Source of the DNA: Stegostoma tigrinum | Taxonomy: Eukaryota | Length of the DNA: 64,000 bases | Assembly: GCF_030684315.1 (NCBI RefSeq) | Contig: NC_081371.1 | Span: 20,455,440 to 20,519,439 of the forward strand | Reading direction: 5' to 3' | Shown here: positions 62,170 through 64,000 of the stretch, piece after piece | Position numbering within the stretch: position 1 is the first letter of the stretch | How the letters are laid out: each line of letters opens with the position of its first letter | Notes under the pieces: generated by a model | Database searches by the model: none | What the model was told of the DNA's origin: nothing | Seen by the model: only the letters and a program-made list of their open reading frames with translations | Program-made: the position numbers and the translations under genes

Positions 62170-64000
62170 TTCTGTCACCCTGTTTGAAATCAGTATAGGA
62201 TGACTGGATGTTTGGCTGAGAACTTTCCTATTAGTGTAGCTTAAGTTTGTGTTCTTTTAACTGAATTTGAGTAGAGTTCAAAATGCATGTACCTAGCCCT
62301 TCATTGGACGCTTGATTATGTTAGTTTCAATTATGCACCGTTGATTTGACAATCCATGCCATAGATTCTGTTGTGTATATATTTATATTTTTAGGTTATT
62401 TTATTTTATACATGTATATGGTGAGAAGTGGCAAAGAGGTTCCTTTTTGTGTAGTTAAAGAAATGTGACAACGTAAAGGCCAGATAACTTGTTTCAGTGA
62501 CATTGAAGGAAAAGTATTTTCCAGAACAGTGGAGAGAGATCTCATTTTCAAATGCAAGTAGTGACGTGATGTTTTACTACCATCTTGTACCAGAAAGTTT
62601 CCATTTGATGCTTTGTTTAAAAGACAATACCTCCCAAGTTGCAGCAAGCTGGCAGTACTGCAGAGGTGTGATTGTGGATTATGTGGGCAAGACTTGAGTG
62701 ACACTTTGAACCTGAAAACTTTTGATATTTGAGAGGAAGTTTTGAGAATTGCCAAAAATTCTGGAAGAAACTGCCTAGGACTGGATACATTTTTCATTCA
62801 GACCAGGTGACCAAATTGACACTCTTGAAATAAAACATAAATGTGGGTTTCCATTTGGGGGTGGAAAAGGGTCTTCTGGTTGAGACTAAAATAAGGGGAA
62901 ATTCTTAAAGCTTCTTGAGTCTTTGGAACTGTTCGCCAGTGAGCATATTAGTTGGTGCATATTTTTAAGATGGAGGTTGATGGATTCTTGACTAACGAGG
63001 GAGCTGTGGCTAGTAGTGGTAGGTGGGGAATGTGAAACCAAGGTCTCAATCAGGTCTGTCATGATCCTATGGCAGAGCAGGCTGTTGAGATTGAAATGTC
63101 CTTCTCCAGCTAATAAGTCATAAGTTTGTGTGAGAAATTTATTTTACTGGTGGCTGGGACATAACGCCCTCTCCAGAAAGCATGGTAATTGAGGCTGGAG
63201 GAATGTAGGTGAAAATTACGTAGACTTTTTTGGTGACTTGTAAATTCTGTTCTTGACTAAAACTTTGAAGTACGAAAATAGCTTGCAGGGATCTCCAAAA
63301 ATTAAATTGCTCTTGTCCTTCATTGTACTTGGAACGTATTTTCAGTTTGGATAAAAAAAGTTTTCTAACTTGCCATTCAATATTCTACAGATAGAAGTGT
63401 CAAAAATACAGTTTGACAATGACCCCAAACATTAAGGAATGAGAGTAAGCTGCTTGCTGTTTTGAGTCTGCTCTATGTGTGTATTATACAAAATACATTT
63501 TGAGTACAATATATTTTTAATTCTTGGCTGTTTAATTGTAGCCAGTGTATCATTTGCATTGGCTTGACTTCTCACTCCTGCAATGTGACCTATAAGGATC
63601 CATAGGATTCTATCCTTGGCTGAATTTGATTTTGCATCAATACGTACCCTGTCAGAGATCATCCTAAAGCACAATGTTCAGTTTTCAGGAGTGTGCTGAT
63701 CACATTGAGTTCTATATCATCTCTTCCTTTTTAAAACTCTTCGCTACTACCACATTATTGATATCTAATACTGGATAAAGAGAAATTGCCTGCAATTAAA
63801 TTTTGAGAAGGCTGGAGCTATTGTCCTTGGTCCCTGCTGTGTACTCATGGGCCAAGTAATATTCCACCTGTGCCCTGGCAACTTTTTTGAGATGCAACCA
63901 GAGTGTTTGCAGGCTTAACGCAATGTTAACCTTTCTGAAGTTTCTGCACCATCATTAATACTGCCAAATACCATCTCTACGAAATAGTCTGTATTTACCC

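Overview
Repeat-rich vertebrate genomic DNA, most likely from a shark (HE1-type SINEs, CR1 LINEs, elasmobranch-like Penelope elements; inference). The only securely identified host gene is WNK1. Its first coding exon is at 60672-61478 (+), preceded by a CpG-rich promoter with ZNF143/NRF1/E-box/GC-box motifs and a probable long leader containing uORFs. A second CpG-rich promoter at about 38.5-40.1 kb holds a 12-codon minus-strand first-exon candidate. Its position fits the head-to-head NINJ2 neighbour expected from synteny, but no Ninjurin-domain exon was found here. The rest is transposon-derived: Gypsy remnants and solo LTRs, Harbinger fossils, CR1/L2-type LINEs, SINEs, and many Penelope-like element (PLE; Neptune- and Poseidon-type) pieces whose terminal repeats carry minimal hammerhead ribozymes. 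The most system-like signal is the stereotyped PLE insertion architecture: 8-16 bp target-site duplications (TSDs), a tailed copy inverted against a tail-less copy, and breakpoints clustered inside the hammerhead core. I see no secure evidence for a wholly new gene system. Repeat boundaries are by eye and approximate unless a TSD defines them.
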